From contig NC_068981.1 in assembly GCF_001194135.2 (NCBI RefSeq), positions 100,167,564-100,231,563 of the forward strand: DNA of 64,000 nt, read 5' to 3'. Positions 24,669 to 39,140 of the stretch are shown here, piece by piece. Both the position numbers and the translations under genes were made by a program. The DNA comes from Octopus bimaculoides (lineage: Eukaryota). The notes under the pieces were generated by a model, which was given only the letters and a program-made list of their open reading frames with translations, was not told the DNA's origin and did not search any database. The number at the start of each line of letters is the position of its first letter. Position 1 is the stretch's first letter.

Positions 24669-25196
24669 GTGTAGAGATTCCCTCATTTGTTCATTTACAG
24701 ATATTTTAGCTGATGTGGGGCTGGTGGTAATAGAAATGGTGGTGTTAGCAAAGGTGAAGGGCTGAGGTGGATGTTTATTTCACTTACTGAATTAAGAACA
24801 AAAGTTGAAACAGTTGGTGTATCTTACTAATAATGTCAGTGCAGTACCTTGGGCTAGTGTCTTCTACAATAGTCCAGGATCAACGACTACCTTGTGATAA
24901 ACAGAAACTGTGTGGAAGCCCAGTGTGTGTGTGCATGTGTGTGTGTGTGTGCACATGCATGTGTGTGCGCACATGCATGTGTGTGCATACATATTATAAA
25001 TATATGTATATGGGGCAAATTTGACTAAACCTTTCAAGGTAATGCCCCAGTATGGCCACAGTCCAATGACTGAAAGAAGGGAAGGAAAAAAGACAAAAGC
25101 TTAGGATAGCTTGGAAGGAAATTAACAAACATAATTGTAGGGAATATGGCACAGATAAACACAAGGATTAATTTTTTACTGTAAAAATCATAATCC

Positions 25197-25415
25197 TTTC
25201 TACTATAGATACAAGGCCTGAAATTTGGGAGAAGTCAATTTGGGGTAAGTTGATTACATTGACCGCAGTGCACAACAGGTACTCATTTAATCGACCCTGA
25301 AAAGATAAAAGGCAAAGACGACCTCAGCAGAATTTGAACTCAGAATGTAAAAACGGATGAAATGCCTCTAAACACTTTGTCCAGCATGTTAACAATTCTG
25401 CCAGCTCACTGCCTT
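25197..25415 (-). mobile_element. SINE family B
   Basis: Similar to other copies. Confidence 0.8.
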
Positions 25416-25416
25416 A

Positions 25417-25472
25417 CAGTAATAATAATAATGATGCTGATGCTGATGATGATAATAATAATAATAATAATG

Positions 25473-25522
<50 letters not shown>
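25417..25522. repeat. (AAT)n/(GAT)n microsatellite
   Basis: Directly visible. Confidence 0.95.
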
Positions 25523-25523
<1 letters not shown>

Positions 25524-26094
25524 GAATAAGTTAAGATGCTGGAGTATTGAGCATGAAGTTAAAAATTCCAGTTATATTACAGTTATTGTATTTTCGAACT
25601 TTAGAGTTCAGTGGTTAATGTTTAGAAAGGTATCCAACTGTAAAAACAATTGCTCCAATGCAAAAGAAATGAAAAACCCACTCATAAAATCATAGATATC
25701 TAAGAGCATCAGGAAAAGAAAATATTTAAATATATGGTAAGATTGCTGTGGTGTAAAATCCTATCGTATTATAAGCCTGTCATGTGTAAAACAGTACTTC
25801 TTAATCTTTTGTAGTCCAATGCTTCCTTTCACTAAAAGCATCTTACAAATGCCCCTTCATCTGTTTTGCAAACAGAATACCAGAGTATTTTCATCAAACA
25901 GAAGCTAATTTTATACAGTTATCCATATCCCACCCAGTATGTGTCTGTTTACATAAACTTGTAACCTCTATGTTAAATTTAAATGGAAATTACTAAAGAA
26001 GGTGAGTACTTTTGTCGAGAAATTATGTTGGACCCTAGTCCATCATCAGTCATATTTTATGCTCATTAATAACAGAATATCTTTTAAAGTGATG

Positions 26095-26300
26095 TGCAAG
26101 CAGAATCATTAGCATGCTGCATGAAATGCTTAGCAGCATTTCATCCATCTTTACATTCTGAGTTCAAATTCTGCCAAGATCAGTTTTGTCTTTCATCCTT
26201 TTGGGATCGATAAGTACCAGTTGGAAACTGGAGTTAATTTAATTGATTTAGCTCTTTCCCCAAACCTGCTGGCCTTGTGCCAAAATTTGAAACCAATAAC
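26095..26300 (+). mobile_element. SINE family B
   Basis: ttctgagttcaaattctgcc...ctttcatccttttgggatcgataagtaccag. Confidence 0.75.
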
Positions 26301-26758
26301 AGAATACCTCTCATCTTTTAATCCTAGCAAAGACTTTTTTGAAAATGTGCTTAAAATAAAAGTATTGAAAAAGCACATAAAAGAAGTATTTTCTAAAAAA
26401 TATCACAACCCCTCTAATCACCAAGTATTCTCACCCTTTTTCATTGCACAATGCTTCCAAAGGGCATTATTGCCCAGACTGTGAATCCCTGTTGTAAAAT
26501 AAAATAGTTCTTATACATCAGAATTTCTGAAATGAATTTTGCTAAAATGTTTAAAATTTTCAGCCCATTAACATCATCTTTCAAGATATTTCTCTTGTCT
26601 TTGTTACCTTTAGGTGCCGTATTTTCTCATGTAAATATTACCCTTGGATAGGAGACACTTATTTCATTATGCCACAGAACTATGTGTATATATATATATA
26701 TATATATACACACACATAGTATAGGTATGTATGTGTGTGTTTATATACATACATACAT

Positions 26759-26797
<39 letters not shown>

Positions 26798-27551
26798 NNN
26801 NNNNNNNNNNNNNNNNNNNNNNNNNNNNNNNNNNNNNNNNNNNNNNNNNNNNNNNNNNNNNNNNNNNNNNNNNNNNNNNNNNNNNNNNNNNNNNNNNNNN
26901 NNNNNNNNNNNNNNNNNNNNNNNNNNNNNNNNNNNNNNNNNNNNNNNNNNNNNNNNNNNNNNNNNNNNNNNNNNNNNNNNNNNNNNNNNNNNNNNNNNNN
27001 NNNNNNNNNNNNNNNNNNNNNNNNNNNNNNNNNNNNNNNNNNNNNNNNNNNNNNNNNNNNNNNNNNNNNNNNNNNNNNNNNNNNNNNNNNNNNNNNNNNN
27101 NNNNNNNNNNNNNNNNNNNNNNNNNNNNNNNNNNNNNNNNNNNNNNNNNNNNNNNNNNNNNNNNNNNNNNNNNNNNNNNNNNNNNNNNNNNNNNNNNNNN
27201 NNNNNNNNNNNNNNNNNNNNNNNNNNNNNNNNNNNNNNNNNNNNNNNNNNNNNNNNNNNNNNNNNNNNNNNNNNNNNNNNNNNNNNNNNNNNNNNNNNNN
27301 NNNNNNNNNNNNNNNNNNNNNNNNNNNNNNNNNNNNNNNNNNNNNNNNNNNNNNNNNNNNNNNNNNNNNNNNNNNNNNNNNNNNNNNNNNNNNNNNNNNN
27401 NNNNNNNNNNNNNNNNNNNNNNNNNNNNNNNNNNNNNNNNNNNNNNNNNNNNNNNNNNNNNNNNNNNNNNNNNNNNNNNNNNNNNNNNNNNNNNNNNNNN
27501 NNNNNNNNNNNNNNNNNNNNNNNNNNNNNNNNNNNNNNNNNNNNNNNNNNN
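26798..27551. other. Assembly gap (N run) inside (TA)n
   Basis: N characters. Confidence 1.
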
Positions 27552-27567
27552 TATATATATATATATA

Positions 27568-27740
27568 TCACTCTCTGAGTGGTTGGCGTTAGGAAGGGCA
27601 TCCAGCTGTAGAAACTCTGCCAAATTAGATTGGAGCCTGGTGTTGCCATCCGGTTTCACCAGTCCTCAGTCAAATCGTCCAACCCATGCTAGCATGGAAA
27701 GCGGACGTTAAACGACGACGATGATGATGATGATGATGAT
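27568..27740 (+). mobile_element. RTE-tail SINE-like repeat (young, 5'-truncated)
   Basis: Nearly identical to the reverse complement of 3010-3180. Has a (GAT)n tail and TA runs on both flanks. Confidence 0.85.
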
Positions 27741-28659
27741 ATATATACAATTCCTGAAGCTAATCAGAGAAAAACTAATTAAAATTTAAGAACATAGACA
27801 CATGAATGATGAAGTTAATAGCATAAAACTTTTCTAAATCTACAGAGCTACTTATGCTGACACTATAGATTTGGTACCATGTCTTTCCTTTTTTTTTTTT
27901 CTCAATGCATAATTTTGTTTATATATATAAAAACTAAGTATTAGTCTCAATTTTCAAATAATAACATCAAACATTGTAGAGGTAAACTAGGAGTAGAACA
28001 GTAATGACTGTAATACCTGCAAATGTCAGAATTTGAAAATACAACCTTCATAATTGTGTTTACTGTCATCTGTGTGATCTGGTGAATAGTTTAAGATATA
28101 TTTTGGTTTCGCCTTTTTTTCTCTTTCCTTTTTGTGCCTTTGTTTTTTCAGGTTGGTAAAATTGAGCTACTTATTGTGTGGTAGTCTCTTGTTGATTTTG
28201 TAATAAAAATGGTTGGTTAACCTTATATAAATTAAAGTGTCTCGGGGAAAGAAAAAACATTATTCCTTCTTTCTTTCTCTCCCTACGCCACTCTCTTTTT
28301 TTACTCACCCAAAGAATAATTGACTCTTCACTCTACATCTTCTATGGGACATGACCAGAATTATAAAAGTGTTGTCTAATTTATTGTTGCAGGCAATGCT
28401 ATTGAAGCCTTCCTTTTCTCTTGCCACAAACAACAATATTATTAGATTTACAGTTGCTGATGTGGTTGTGTTTACCTTTAGGTACTGTTATCACCAGGAC
28501 AATGTTCATAAAGATTTGACCTTCAAATTATTCTTACACTGTAAATAAAAGCAGAGAAGGTGACTAGTAGAAACAACCAGAACTGCTGCCATCATCAGCA
28601 CCACTGCTACTACTACTACCTACACCACCATTGGCCTGCAGTTTTGAACTGCAGTGCTA

Positions 28660-28900
28660 TCTTTTATGTTTTACTAGTTTTAGTCATAAGACTGTAGCCA
28701 TGCTGGGGCACCGCGTTTAAAGATTTAGTCCAACAAATTGAACTCAGTGTTTTTCTTTTCTTTTTAAGTCTGGTACTTACTTTGTTGATGTCTTTTGCTG
28801 AATCATGAGATTACGGGGATGTCAAAAAAAACAAAACACTGTCTATCATGCAGTGATGGGAGACAAATACAAAGATATATGCATATACACTCATGTTTGT
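28660..28900 (-). mobile_element. SINE family A 3' half
   Basis: tttcagtcat..gactg..gccatgctgggg motif. Confidence 0.6.
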
Positions 28901-29741
28901 ATATATATATATGAATCCACCCCATGCCAGCATGGAAAGCACATTAAATGTTGATGAAGATGATGGTGATATATGTATATATGTGTGCGTGTGTGTGTGT
29001 GTGTAATGTATGTAGTTTATAGATTAGAGACAGGTGTTCTCTTAATAGAATATACTTTTATAGTGCTCAAGAGAATGAACTTGAGTGGGTAGAGGAGTAA
29101 ATGTAAGGACATGCAAGTTAGGCAAGTCAATATACAAAAAATATTAAATACATTTAATGCAAAAATTGTATATATGTATACATATAAATTTCTATTTCAT
29201 GTAAGTCAAACTTTTTTTATATGTATACATATGTACATTATTTGTATTAAATGTACTTAATATTTTTTGTATATCAACTTGCCTAACTTGTGTGTCCTTA
29301 CATTTATATATAATGTATATGTGTGTATACATATATGTGACAGGCTTCTGGATGGTTTCCATCAACCAAATGCACTCACAAGGCATTGGTCAGTCAGGGA
29401 TTAATAGCAGACAGTCCAACATGCCACACAGTGGGACTGAACCTGAAACCACATAGTTACAAAGTGAGCTTCTCAATCACAAGTTTAAACAGAAGTTTAT
29501 ATAGAATTATATTGAAGGTGAAGGTAATGAAATTAAGTAGAATATATCTTGAAGGCCATGTACTTGATAGACTTCTCACCAAAGATCTAGTGTGTAAAAC
29601 AATGACCTAAGATGAATAAGTAATTGAAGCTAGCATAATATAAACAAATAAAACTAAAACTGGATTTTAAGTAAGATTTGAACTTAGAATTTGAACCAAA
29701 GAACTAGACTGAACTTGATTCATTGTAACAATATATATAAG

Positions 29742-30728
29742 CACAGGAGTGGCTGTGTGGTAAGAAGTTTACTTCCAAACCACATGCTTCTGGATTCCGT
29801 ACCATTGTGTGGAACCTTGGACCAGTGGCTTCTACTATAGCTGTTCTAGGCCAGCCAAAGCCTTGTGAGTGGATTTGGTAAATGGAAACTGAAAGAAGCC
29901 CATCATATATACGTATGTATCTATGTGCATGTGTCTTTGTGTCCATGTTTGTCCTTATCACCACTTGACAACTGGTGTTGGCATGTTTACATCCCAGTAA
30001 GTTAGCAGTTCAGCAAAAGAGACAAATTGAATAAGCACCAGGTCAGTGGTTTCCAACCCTTTTATTGAAATGAGTTTTCCCATGGACTCCTTTTAATATG
30101 CTTATCCATGGTCAGTTTGGATGATTTGGCTGTAAAACCTGCTCTGTGTAAGCATTTGATTTGTTTGGGCACGCTTATGTTAAAAAACAATTTTAGAATG
30201 ACTTTTTCTGTCAAAACACAAAAAATAACTGACCAACAAAAAAAAACCAATATCCAACCAAATCAAAAAATAAACCCAAATACTAAACGAACAAAGATGA
30301 ATCATCCCACTTCTATTGCGCACGCACATGCACAGACACGCACACACACACAAACACACATGCACACACACACAAACACACACGCACACACACACGCACA
30401 CACACACATTCAGATATCCCCCTTTTACATACGCATATATTCATACAGAGTTGAAACGCTGTTTGATTTATTTTTTCGGCATACACTACCAAATATGACA
30501 TCACCCTTTCCTTTCTTATTCATCTATCACTCCTTCCTTTCTCATTCATAAACACAAGAGTATTATTATAGTAGATTATCTCAGTAACCATGGGAGCTAT
30601 GAAAAAATACAAAGCCCAGCATCACCACCGGATCATTCTACACACCTGTGTGATTTTTCGCGCAATTCCACCCAGCCGTTTGACCGTGAATCCCAAGACA
30701 AGAAAGAATCACCCATGTCAAATTTATA

Positions 30729-30776
<48 letters not shown>

Positions 30777-30960
30777 TGAAATTTTGAATTTAGTTCACAG
30801 ACCCCCAGTTCTACCTTTGTGGACCACCAGGGGTCCGCGGACCTCAGGTTGGGAACCACTGTACTAAGCTTTAAAAATATATCCTGGGATTGAATTGTTC
30901 AACAAAAAACTTCAAGACAGTGCCACAGTCAAAATGACTGAAACAAGTAAAAGAATAAAA
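29742..30960 (+). mobile_element. SINE family A split by a hAT MITE
   Basis: Head at 29742 (gcacaggagtggctgtgtggtaagaag). The tail resumes at 30862. Confidence 0.8.
30044..30861. mobile_element. hAT (Charlie-type) non-autonomous element
   Basis: TIRs cagtggtttccaacc / ggttgggaaccactg. The TSD is eroded. Confidence 0.8.
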
Positions 30961-32204
30961 GAATATATGTATATTCACACATATGCAACACACACATACA
31001 CACATATAAAGAAGCCTGTCATATATAAATATGAGTATGTGTGTGTGTGTGTTACTGTCTCCTTGCCTTGACATTTTGTGATAACTGTAAACACGTTGCC
31101 ACTGTCATGCAAGCATCCTTCATTTCCTATTTTGCATGCAAACATGTCTGGTATTGGGGAAATATTATCTTACTTGGAAACAGGTGAGGGTTTGCAACAG
31201 GAAGGTCATCTAGTCATAGAAAATCCACCTCTATAAATTCTGTTCAACCTGTGCTAGCAGGGAAAAGTAGATGTCAAAATGACAATGGTGATAGTGGTGA
31301 TGATGATGATGATGTCACCACTGCCACTGCTGTCACTGCCACCACTGTCACTGCCGTCACTGCTGCCACTGCTATTGCCAACACCAATACAGACACCAAT
31401 CCCACTGACAATGCTGCCACCACTGCCACCGACGACGACAGTAATATTACTTGAATCACTTCGGTCAATTTCTCTATCTCCTGCACCAAAATTAACCAAA
31501 CATATACAAAATTGGCAAACCAAAATATTGATGCAGTTTTGATTCCCAGTTAGATCCAATTCACTTTATCATAGGCCAGTGATTCTCAGTAGAGGTGTGG
31601 GGGTGGGGAATGCATATGAATATCATTCACTTTCATTTCCTTTCTTATAAATTTGTAAACTCCTTCATAAAATAAATCAAAACACCAGATGGCTGACAAG
31701 TAAGGCCGAATTTAACATTTTAATAATATTCAAATGTTGCTTTACTTTGTAAGACCAGCAAGTAAAGTATTAATATTGGAAAATTTTACTATAAACTTAT
31801 TTCGATGACTCCATCCTAATTTCTTTGTTATTGTCTCACTGTAGTAGATTAATAATAGCCTGACTTGCCACAAACAGCTTTCATTTGCTTCATGGAAATA
31901 TTTCTGTGATTAGAAGGGGAAAAATTTGAATAATAATATCATTCATATAGAACACTCTATGTTATTTGTTTGTCAGGAATTGGAAATTCGAGCAGAATGT
32001 GTACATATGTCTGGTTGTTTATGTATACATATGTGAATGCAAATCATCATTATCATCATCATCATCACCACCATGCCTGCATTTTCACGATGTCATAGAT
32101 TGGACAAAATATATGCATACACACACATGCACAAATACAAACACATATAGGGCATGTGTATACTAGATTATGTGCAGTCATATTTATATACATATGCACA
32201 TACA

Positions 32205-32390
32205 AATGTATATATCATCATCCACATCATTTAATGTCTGTTTTCCATGCTGGTATAGTTTGGATGATATGACAGGAACTGGCCAACTAGGAGCTGCCCA
32301 GGCACCAATTGTCTGTTTTGGCATGATTTCTGCAGCTGGATGCCCTTCCTAAGGCCAACTACTTTACAGAGTGTACGGGGTGCTCTTTTA
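32205..32390 (-). mobile_element. RTE-tail SINE-like repeat, older copy
   Basis: catcatc..tttaatgtc..tttccatgctgg...ctggatgcccttcctaa. Confidence 0.7.
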
Positions 32391-32399
32391 TGTATGTAC

Positions 32400-32437
<38 letters not shown>

Positions 32438-32867
32438 AACAAAGTTATTTTATTGCACATGGGTAGGAATATAGGAAAAATAGAAATTGAAAATTTTTAT
32501 TAATATATTTAAAGCTTTAACCAGTTTCACAGATTACATTGATTTTCAAAAAGTTCAAATAGAAAGATGTGGTTTATATTGCAGCTGTCTTGCTGCTGAC
32601 TAGTGTTTGAAGCTTGCCCTATTTTTATAGGTAGTTCATGGCTCAAATTGGTATATGTTTTGAATAGAATTTTATTGGTAGAAGATAGTCACATGACTGG
32701 TCTTAGAAATTTTTGTAGGTTCCCTGCTACGTCCATGTGTTAGTATCAAGTGACAATATTTAGCATCATAAGTTCAGGCTGAAGCGGTTGACTGAACATA
32801 CCCAAACAATCAATGCTCTGAATGTTTTCTGTCAAGTGTTTCTGGGAAATTAATATATGGTTTGAAC

Positions 32868-33125
32868 TTTCACAAATATCTGCTAGAAAACTGGAAATAT
32901 TACTTAGATGATTGCCTAATCCTATGGATGCACATATCTGAACAACTTATTGAAACAGATATTCACTACAAACAAACAGATTCTAAACAATACTAACTGT
33001 TCTCCTGATGCCATCCCACATGACGAATAATATTCCCTTTAATCTAGCAAGAAGAATCTGCACAATTGTCTCAAACCCTGAAACTCACAATAAAAGACTC
33101 CAGGAACTAAAACAAGTATGGCTGT
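32868..33125 (+). pseudogene. Penelope-like reverse transcriptase fragment (internally deleted)
   Basis: ENWKYYLDDCLILW...TDIHYKQTDSKQY*LF and NNIPFNLARRICTIVS...RLQELK: a YxDD motif plus the PLE RT C-terminal signature. Confidence 0.85.
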
Positions 33126-33507
33126 CAGACAATTTCTTCGACCACATCACCCATAACATCTGGCCACCTAACTCTCCATACTGCAACCCCTTTGATTATT
33201 ACGTGTGGGGCACAGTTGGGCAAGAGACCACCAAAACACCTTATAACACCAAAGATGAACTGAAGGCAAGGATTATGGCAGTGTTCACTAGCTTAAACAA
33301 AAAATCTGTCTAGAAGAGTTGCAAGAGATTCTGAAGTCGTCTGGAAGCCATGGTTGAAGCCAATGGTGGTTTTAGCAAAAAAATTTACTCTTTATTATTT
33401 CAAGGTATTTTTATGTAATTTTGGTAAATATATCTGTTAAAATGAGATGTCAGTGTTATTTTCATTTTTGCGTAATTTAGACGACAATTTATTCACAATA
33501 CCCTGTA
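33120..33507 (+). mobile_element. maT/DD37D transposon 3' fragment
   Basis: WPPNSPYCNPFDYYVWG...KDELKARI...RLEAMVEANGG, with a TIR ending ataccctgta. Confidence 0.85.
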
Positions 33508-33559
33508 TATATCAGGAGAGAGAGACATAGATACACATATACAAGCACACATATATGCT

Positions 33560-33712
33560 GGTAAATTGGCCAAGTAGTTAGAGCATTAAATAGAATGTTT
33601 TGCCATATTTGTCCTAGCTCCCTCTGTTCTGAGGTCAAATACCCCAATGTCAACTTTACTTTTTATCCTTCATGGGTTGATAAATAAAGTACCAGCCATG
33701 TACTGGGGTCAG
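33560..33712 (+). mobile_element. SINE family B
   Basis: Similar to other copies. Confidence 0.65.
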
Positions 33713-33721
33713 TACTCTGCT

Positions 33722-34340
<619 letters not shown>

Positions 34341-36079
34341 TACACACACACAGATATATATATATATATATACATATATCTTGCTGTACCTATGCAATAT
34401 TTCTAGGATCATTGAATATATAAATAATTGACAAACTTCTAAAATTTAAAAACCTTACCTATCAAATTTTTATATGTAATTAGGATTATTTTAGTTTCAT
34501 TTAAATAATTATGTTTATTTATTTCGTGTGTCTGTATATCACCATATTTGCATTATATCAAAAAGAAAAATAATGATATCAATTAAAAATCTAAAAATTT
34601 GATATTGTTATAGTTTTTATTGATTCATAAGACAAAAAATGAAATTACAATTGCATAATTGCAAGTGATTCAGTGTTTAGATGAAATTGACATTCTTTTA
34701 AAACTATTCTTAAAAGACTGAATTTAACTCATTCTTATACACAGTCTACATTAGGGGCTTTAGACTGCAGTAATTCTTTTATTCCAATTCTATTGACGTT
34801 AAAGAAACATTTTTTGCATCTTGTTACCTTCTAATTTTGTTTCTACTTACTTTGATATTTGTATCACTTTTCTTATGAATTCCTGTCTCATTCTCTGTAC
34901 ATTTTGTTGCATACATTTTTATAGAAAAATCATTGTTATTTCTCATTTATAAAAATTTCATTTTGCAAGTTATATTATAGTTTCTGCTTCCTTTTCCAAT
35001 AATAATTTGACTAGCAATTCCAGAAAAGTAAGGGAAAATAAGTCTTGTGCTCATGTCTGTTCTGGCTTAAAATGCCACAGTTCTCAATTTTGAAGTATTT
35101 GTGAAAATTTTCTCTTGCAACCTTCAGTAATTTTCTTTTACTTAAATAATTTCTATAATCGTTTTAATTGTTTCTGCTTATTTTTGTAAAAAGAAAAAAA
35201 CTCCCATCATCGTCTTTTTAATACTTTCTCTCTTTCTTGTCACATTTCAGCTTGTTTTGGCATTTTATATCAGATCCTTTTGCTTTTCTTACTTTCATTT
35301 TCTCTCTGTCATTTATTCTTTTTTTATCACCATGGTAATTCAAACATAGGATGAGCATATAGACAGGTTATTATCTTACATACATGCACACAGATATTGA
35401 ATGGATGAGCACATAGACTAACAATTAACATACATGCATTTAAACACACATACATGCACACACATACAGACACTTATATTGAAACAAACTTATCATGCTA
35501 AATAGTGAAGTCAATGCTATAAGCTAAGAAATTTTAATTAAAAGACACAACTCAATCGATAAATGTGGAAATCAAGATATCAAAACACTTGAAAATAAAA
35601 GGTATAAGTGAAATGTTGACGAATTTTACACACATGTCATAATTTAGCAAACTAAAGTGAATTGATATATAAGAAAATTATAATAACTCAAAAGATATTT
35701 TAAAATATGAAAAAGAATTATAATATGTTGAAATATTTAGTATGTTGTTTTTCAAATATCATAGTGATAAAAACATATCTTATTACGAAAAGCAAAGTTG
35801 ATGTACATACATTCAATTTATATATGTTAAGATATATAATTATATGATGAATCAATATAAGAAGTAAATGTGCATAAGAGAAAAATTAATAGCCTTTCTT
35901 TATAAGTATTTTGTCTTCATGACCCCAAGCAAGAACAACAATATAAAGTCTATGTTGGCATTGTTTCATCTAATTCACCTTCAATGTATTTAGAACCATG
36001 CATCTTCCATCCATGAGGTTGCTTTTCTATCTAGTTTGATTTAAATGCTCCCAGCATTAAATGAGTTAAAATTAAGGTA

Positions 36080-36245
36080 CAAGCATGGCTGTGAGGTAAA
36101 TAGTTAGCTTCCTAACCACATGGTTCAGGTTCAGTCACATTGCATGTCTCCTTGGGCAAGTGTCTTGTACTATAGCCTCGGGTTAACCAAAGCCTTGTGA
36201 ATGGATTTGGCAAATGGAAACTGAAAGAAGTTCATTGCGTATGTA

Positions 36246-36293
<48 letters not shown>

Positions 36294-36515
36294 TATATAT
36301 ATATATGTTTGTGTGTGTCTCTTTGTTTGTATTTCACCACCACTTGACAACTAGACATGGTTTGTTTACGTCCTTGTAACTTAACAGTTCAGCAAAGAGA
36401 CTGACAAAATAAGTATCAGGCTTAAAAGTAAGTACTGCGATTGATTTGTTCAACTAAAAATTCTTCAAGGTGGTGCCCCAGGATAGCCACATTCTAATGA
36501 CTGAAACAGATATAA
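36080..36515 (+). mobile_element. SINE family A, full length
   Basis: Head, ccttgggcaagtgtc, internal microsatellite and tail are present. Confidence 0.85.
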
Positions 36516-37164
36516 ATTCCTTTTAATTTCACACTTTAAATTCTGAAAACCTTATTCAGACAAATCTTTCCGCTTGTTTTTTTAGTTTATTATGAGCTTT
36601 CCAAAATTTTCTAGAGTCAATTTTTACATGTATATTATATAGAAACTCTATTTTGAATAGTTGCACACTTCAAAGATATATCTTTTTAATGGTAACATTT
36701 GCACAAGTGCAAATCACATATCTTGGGAAGTCACAGTTTTGTATAAGACAAATCAACATTAAAAAAATATACATCAATCTACAAGTGGCCAAGACATTTA
36801 TGACCTGTATCTGGTTGCCAGCACTACTTTGGCTAAAATATTTCAAACTCATATGACTCAGTTAACCTGATTGTAAAGCAACAGTGCAGTATAGGAACAA
36901 CTTACTGTTGCAGGCAGGACCACTATAAAACTGACAAGATGTTTGTCAACTTGTAGTGCTGGATTTAACTTAATCTGTGAGCCTGGAGAATCTACTTCAG
37001 TAGTCAATTTTATGCTAGAGTACCTTTACCATTGGATCTAGGCACTGGTTCTAACTATAGACTGCACTAGAAAGCTGATATGTAGAAGCTAATTACCTAA
37101 TGAATTCATCATGCATTTTATATCTTTACTAGTATATTTATGCTGTCAATATTAATGCTAAATA

Positions 37165-37385
37165 TGAAGGCAGTGAACTGACAGAATCATTAGAAACTTG
37201 GGCAAAATGCTTAGAGGCATTTCGTCTGTCTTTATGTTCTGAGTTCAAATTCCACCAAGGCCTACTCACCTTTCATCCTTTCAGAGTTGATAAAATAAGT
37301 ACCAAATGAGCACTGGGGTCAATGTAATCAGCTTCCCCTTCCCCTGAAAGTGTTGGCCTTGTGCCAACATTTGAAACCAATATTA
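37165..37385 (+). mobile_element. SINE family B
   Basis: ggcagtgaactgacagaatc...ttcatcctttcagagttgataaaataagtacc. Confidence 0.8.
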
Positions 37386-38517
37386 ATGGAAAATGTGTGT
37401 TTATCTTACTTAAATATGTTGAAAATAATAATAAAATATGATTGACACAGATATTTACATGTATTAGACTTTGCATTGAACAAGCTACAAAAATTAATTT
37501 TCAGTTTAATATTTGCTTTAACAGTACCTTAACTGAAAATTTAACTAATATATGTAGCTTCCCAGCTACTCACACCCACCCTTATATAAAGGAGATTAGC
37601 CATATACCTTTTCTATTGTAAGACACTTGTACTTGTCCCTCTATCATATTTAAGCCTCTCAGCACCAGGTTTAAAGCCACTTACTCCTCCAAAATACCCT
37701 ATTTAGTTAAAACACTAATTGCACACTGTAAAGCTGTAGAAACCACGCCAAAGTTGAAACAAGAATTTGATGCAGCTCTGCAGTTTACTGGATCCTATCA
37801 AAACATCTAATACATTTTAGCATATAAAAAAGATATTAAATGGTGATGATGTACATAATATTCGAGGCAGATACCTTCAAAAAAATTGGAAGTAGCTCTT
37901 CATGTGACACAAATTATATAAATACACAATGACATTTATTATAAGGATGATTTTAAAGTTAATTATTTAGTCCTACTAGTCTATTTTTGCTCTCATATAT
38001 ATTCGGTACAATATCAGCATGTTAATTGTATAAACAGACTGAACATATACCCTATGTAAGTCACATTGTTTTATGTAACTCATTCTTAAATCGTCTTCTC
38101 TTTTCATATATTGAAATAATATTAATCGTAATGAAATTATTGTATACAGTATTCAGGTGCACTACAACTCATTGGAAAATGTCGCCAAAAGTGCATGAAC
38201 TGTACATAGAATAATGCACAAGAAATGAACAATGAATGAGTCGTTTCAAAAAAACAAAAAGAAGGTGGATATCAGGTGTACTTTTGGCAAATTTCAGGAA
38301 GCATGGATGTTTTGAAGGATATTATATATGTATGTAGAGCAAATGGATCCTTTACAAATAAAATTTGTTTTGCATTTGTAATGATATTTCTATTAATAAT
38401 GTACATTAACTTATAACCCTTTTATATAATATTTCCCATACACATATATTCCCATACATAGTTACAAATATGTGTATATGTGTGTGCACATGAGAAAGAG
38501 AGAGCAAGCATATCTTT

Positions 38518-39140
38518 TGTCTTTTACATGTTTCAGTCATTAGACTGTGGCCATGTGGGGTACTGCCTAGAAGGATTTTAGTTGAATGAATCACTCCAGT
38601 ATCATTTTTTATTCAAAGCTTGGTACTTATTTATATTGATCTCTTTTGTTGAACTGCTAAGTTACGGGGGCATGAACACATCAACACCAGTTGTCAAGTG
38701 GTGATGGAGGACAAACACAGATGCAAAGACATACACACACACATGCACATAAATATATATATATATATTTATTTATGTAAAAATCACCCACTACATGCTT
38801 GGAGTGGTTGGCATTAGAAAGGGCACCCAGCTGTAGAAATCTTGCCAAATCAGATTGGAACCTGGTGCATCTCTCCAGCTTACCAGTTTTCAGTCAAACT
38901 GTCCAACCCATGCTAGCATGGAAAATGGATATTAAATGATGATGATGATGATGACAAATATATATGTATATATATATTTATATATGATGGGCTTCTTTCA
39001 GTTTCCATCTGCCAAATCCACTCACAAGAGTTTGGACAACCTGAAGCTCTAGTAGAAGACACTTGCTAGGTGCCATGCAGTGGGACTGAACCTGAAATCA
39101 TGTGGTTGGGAAGCAAACTTCTTACCACACAGCCATACCT
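38518..39140 (-). mobile_element. SINE family A with an RTE-tail SINE (38780-38953, +) nested in its TA microsatellite
   Basis: Both motif sets are visible. The insert is flanked by TA runs. Confidence 0.8.

Noticed and set aside
16190-26010. Exon-like unique stretches (16190-16440, 18700-18870, 20048-20398, 21940-22190, 23380-23555, 25810-26005) with plausible splice signals
   Set aside because: The frames I examined are short or interrupted by stops, with no recognisable domain. A decayed gene or lncRNA cannot be excluded without BLASTX and RNA-seq.
31251-31559. Overlapping ORFs rich in D/T/A/V
   Set aside because: Low-complexity (GAT)n and CACTGC-type repeats.
36900-37830. Minus-strand GTAAGT donors at 36900-36905 and 37679-37684
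   Set aside because: The upstream frames are short or closed and unrecognisable; such hexamers are expected by chance.
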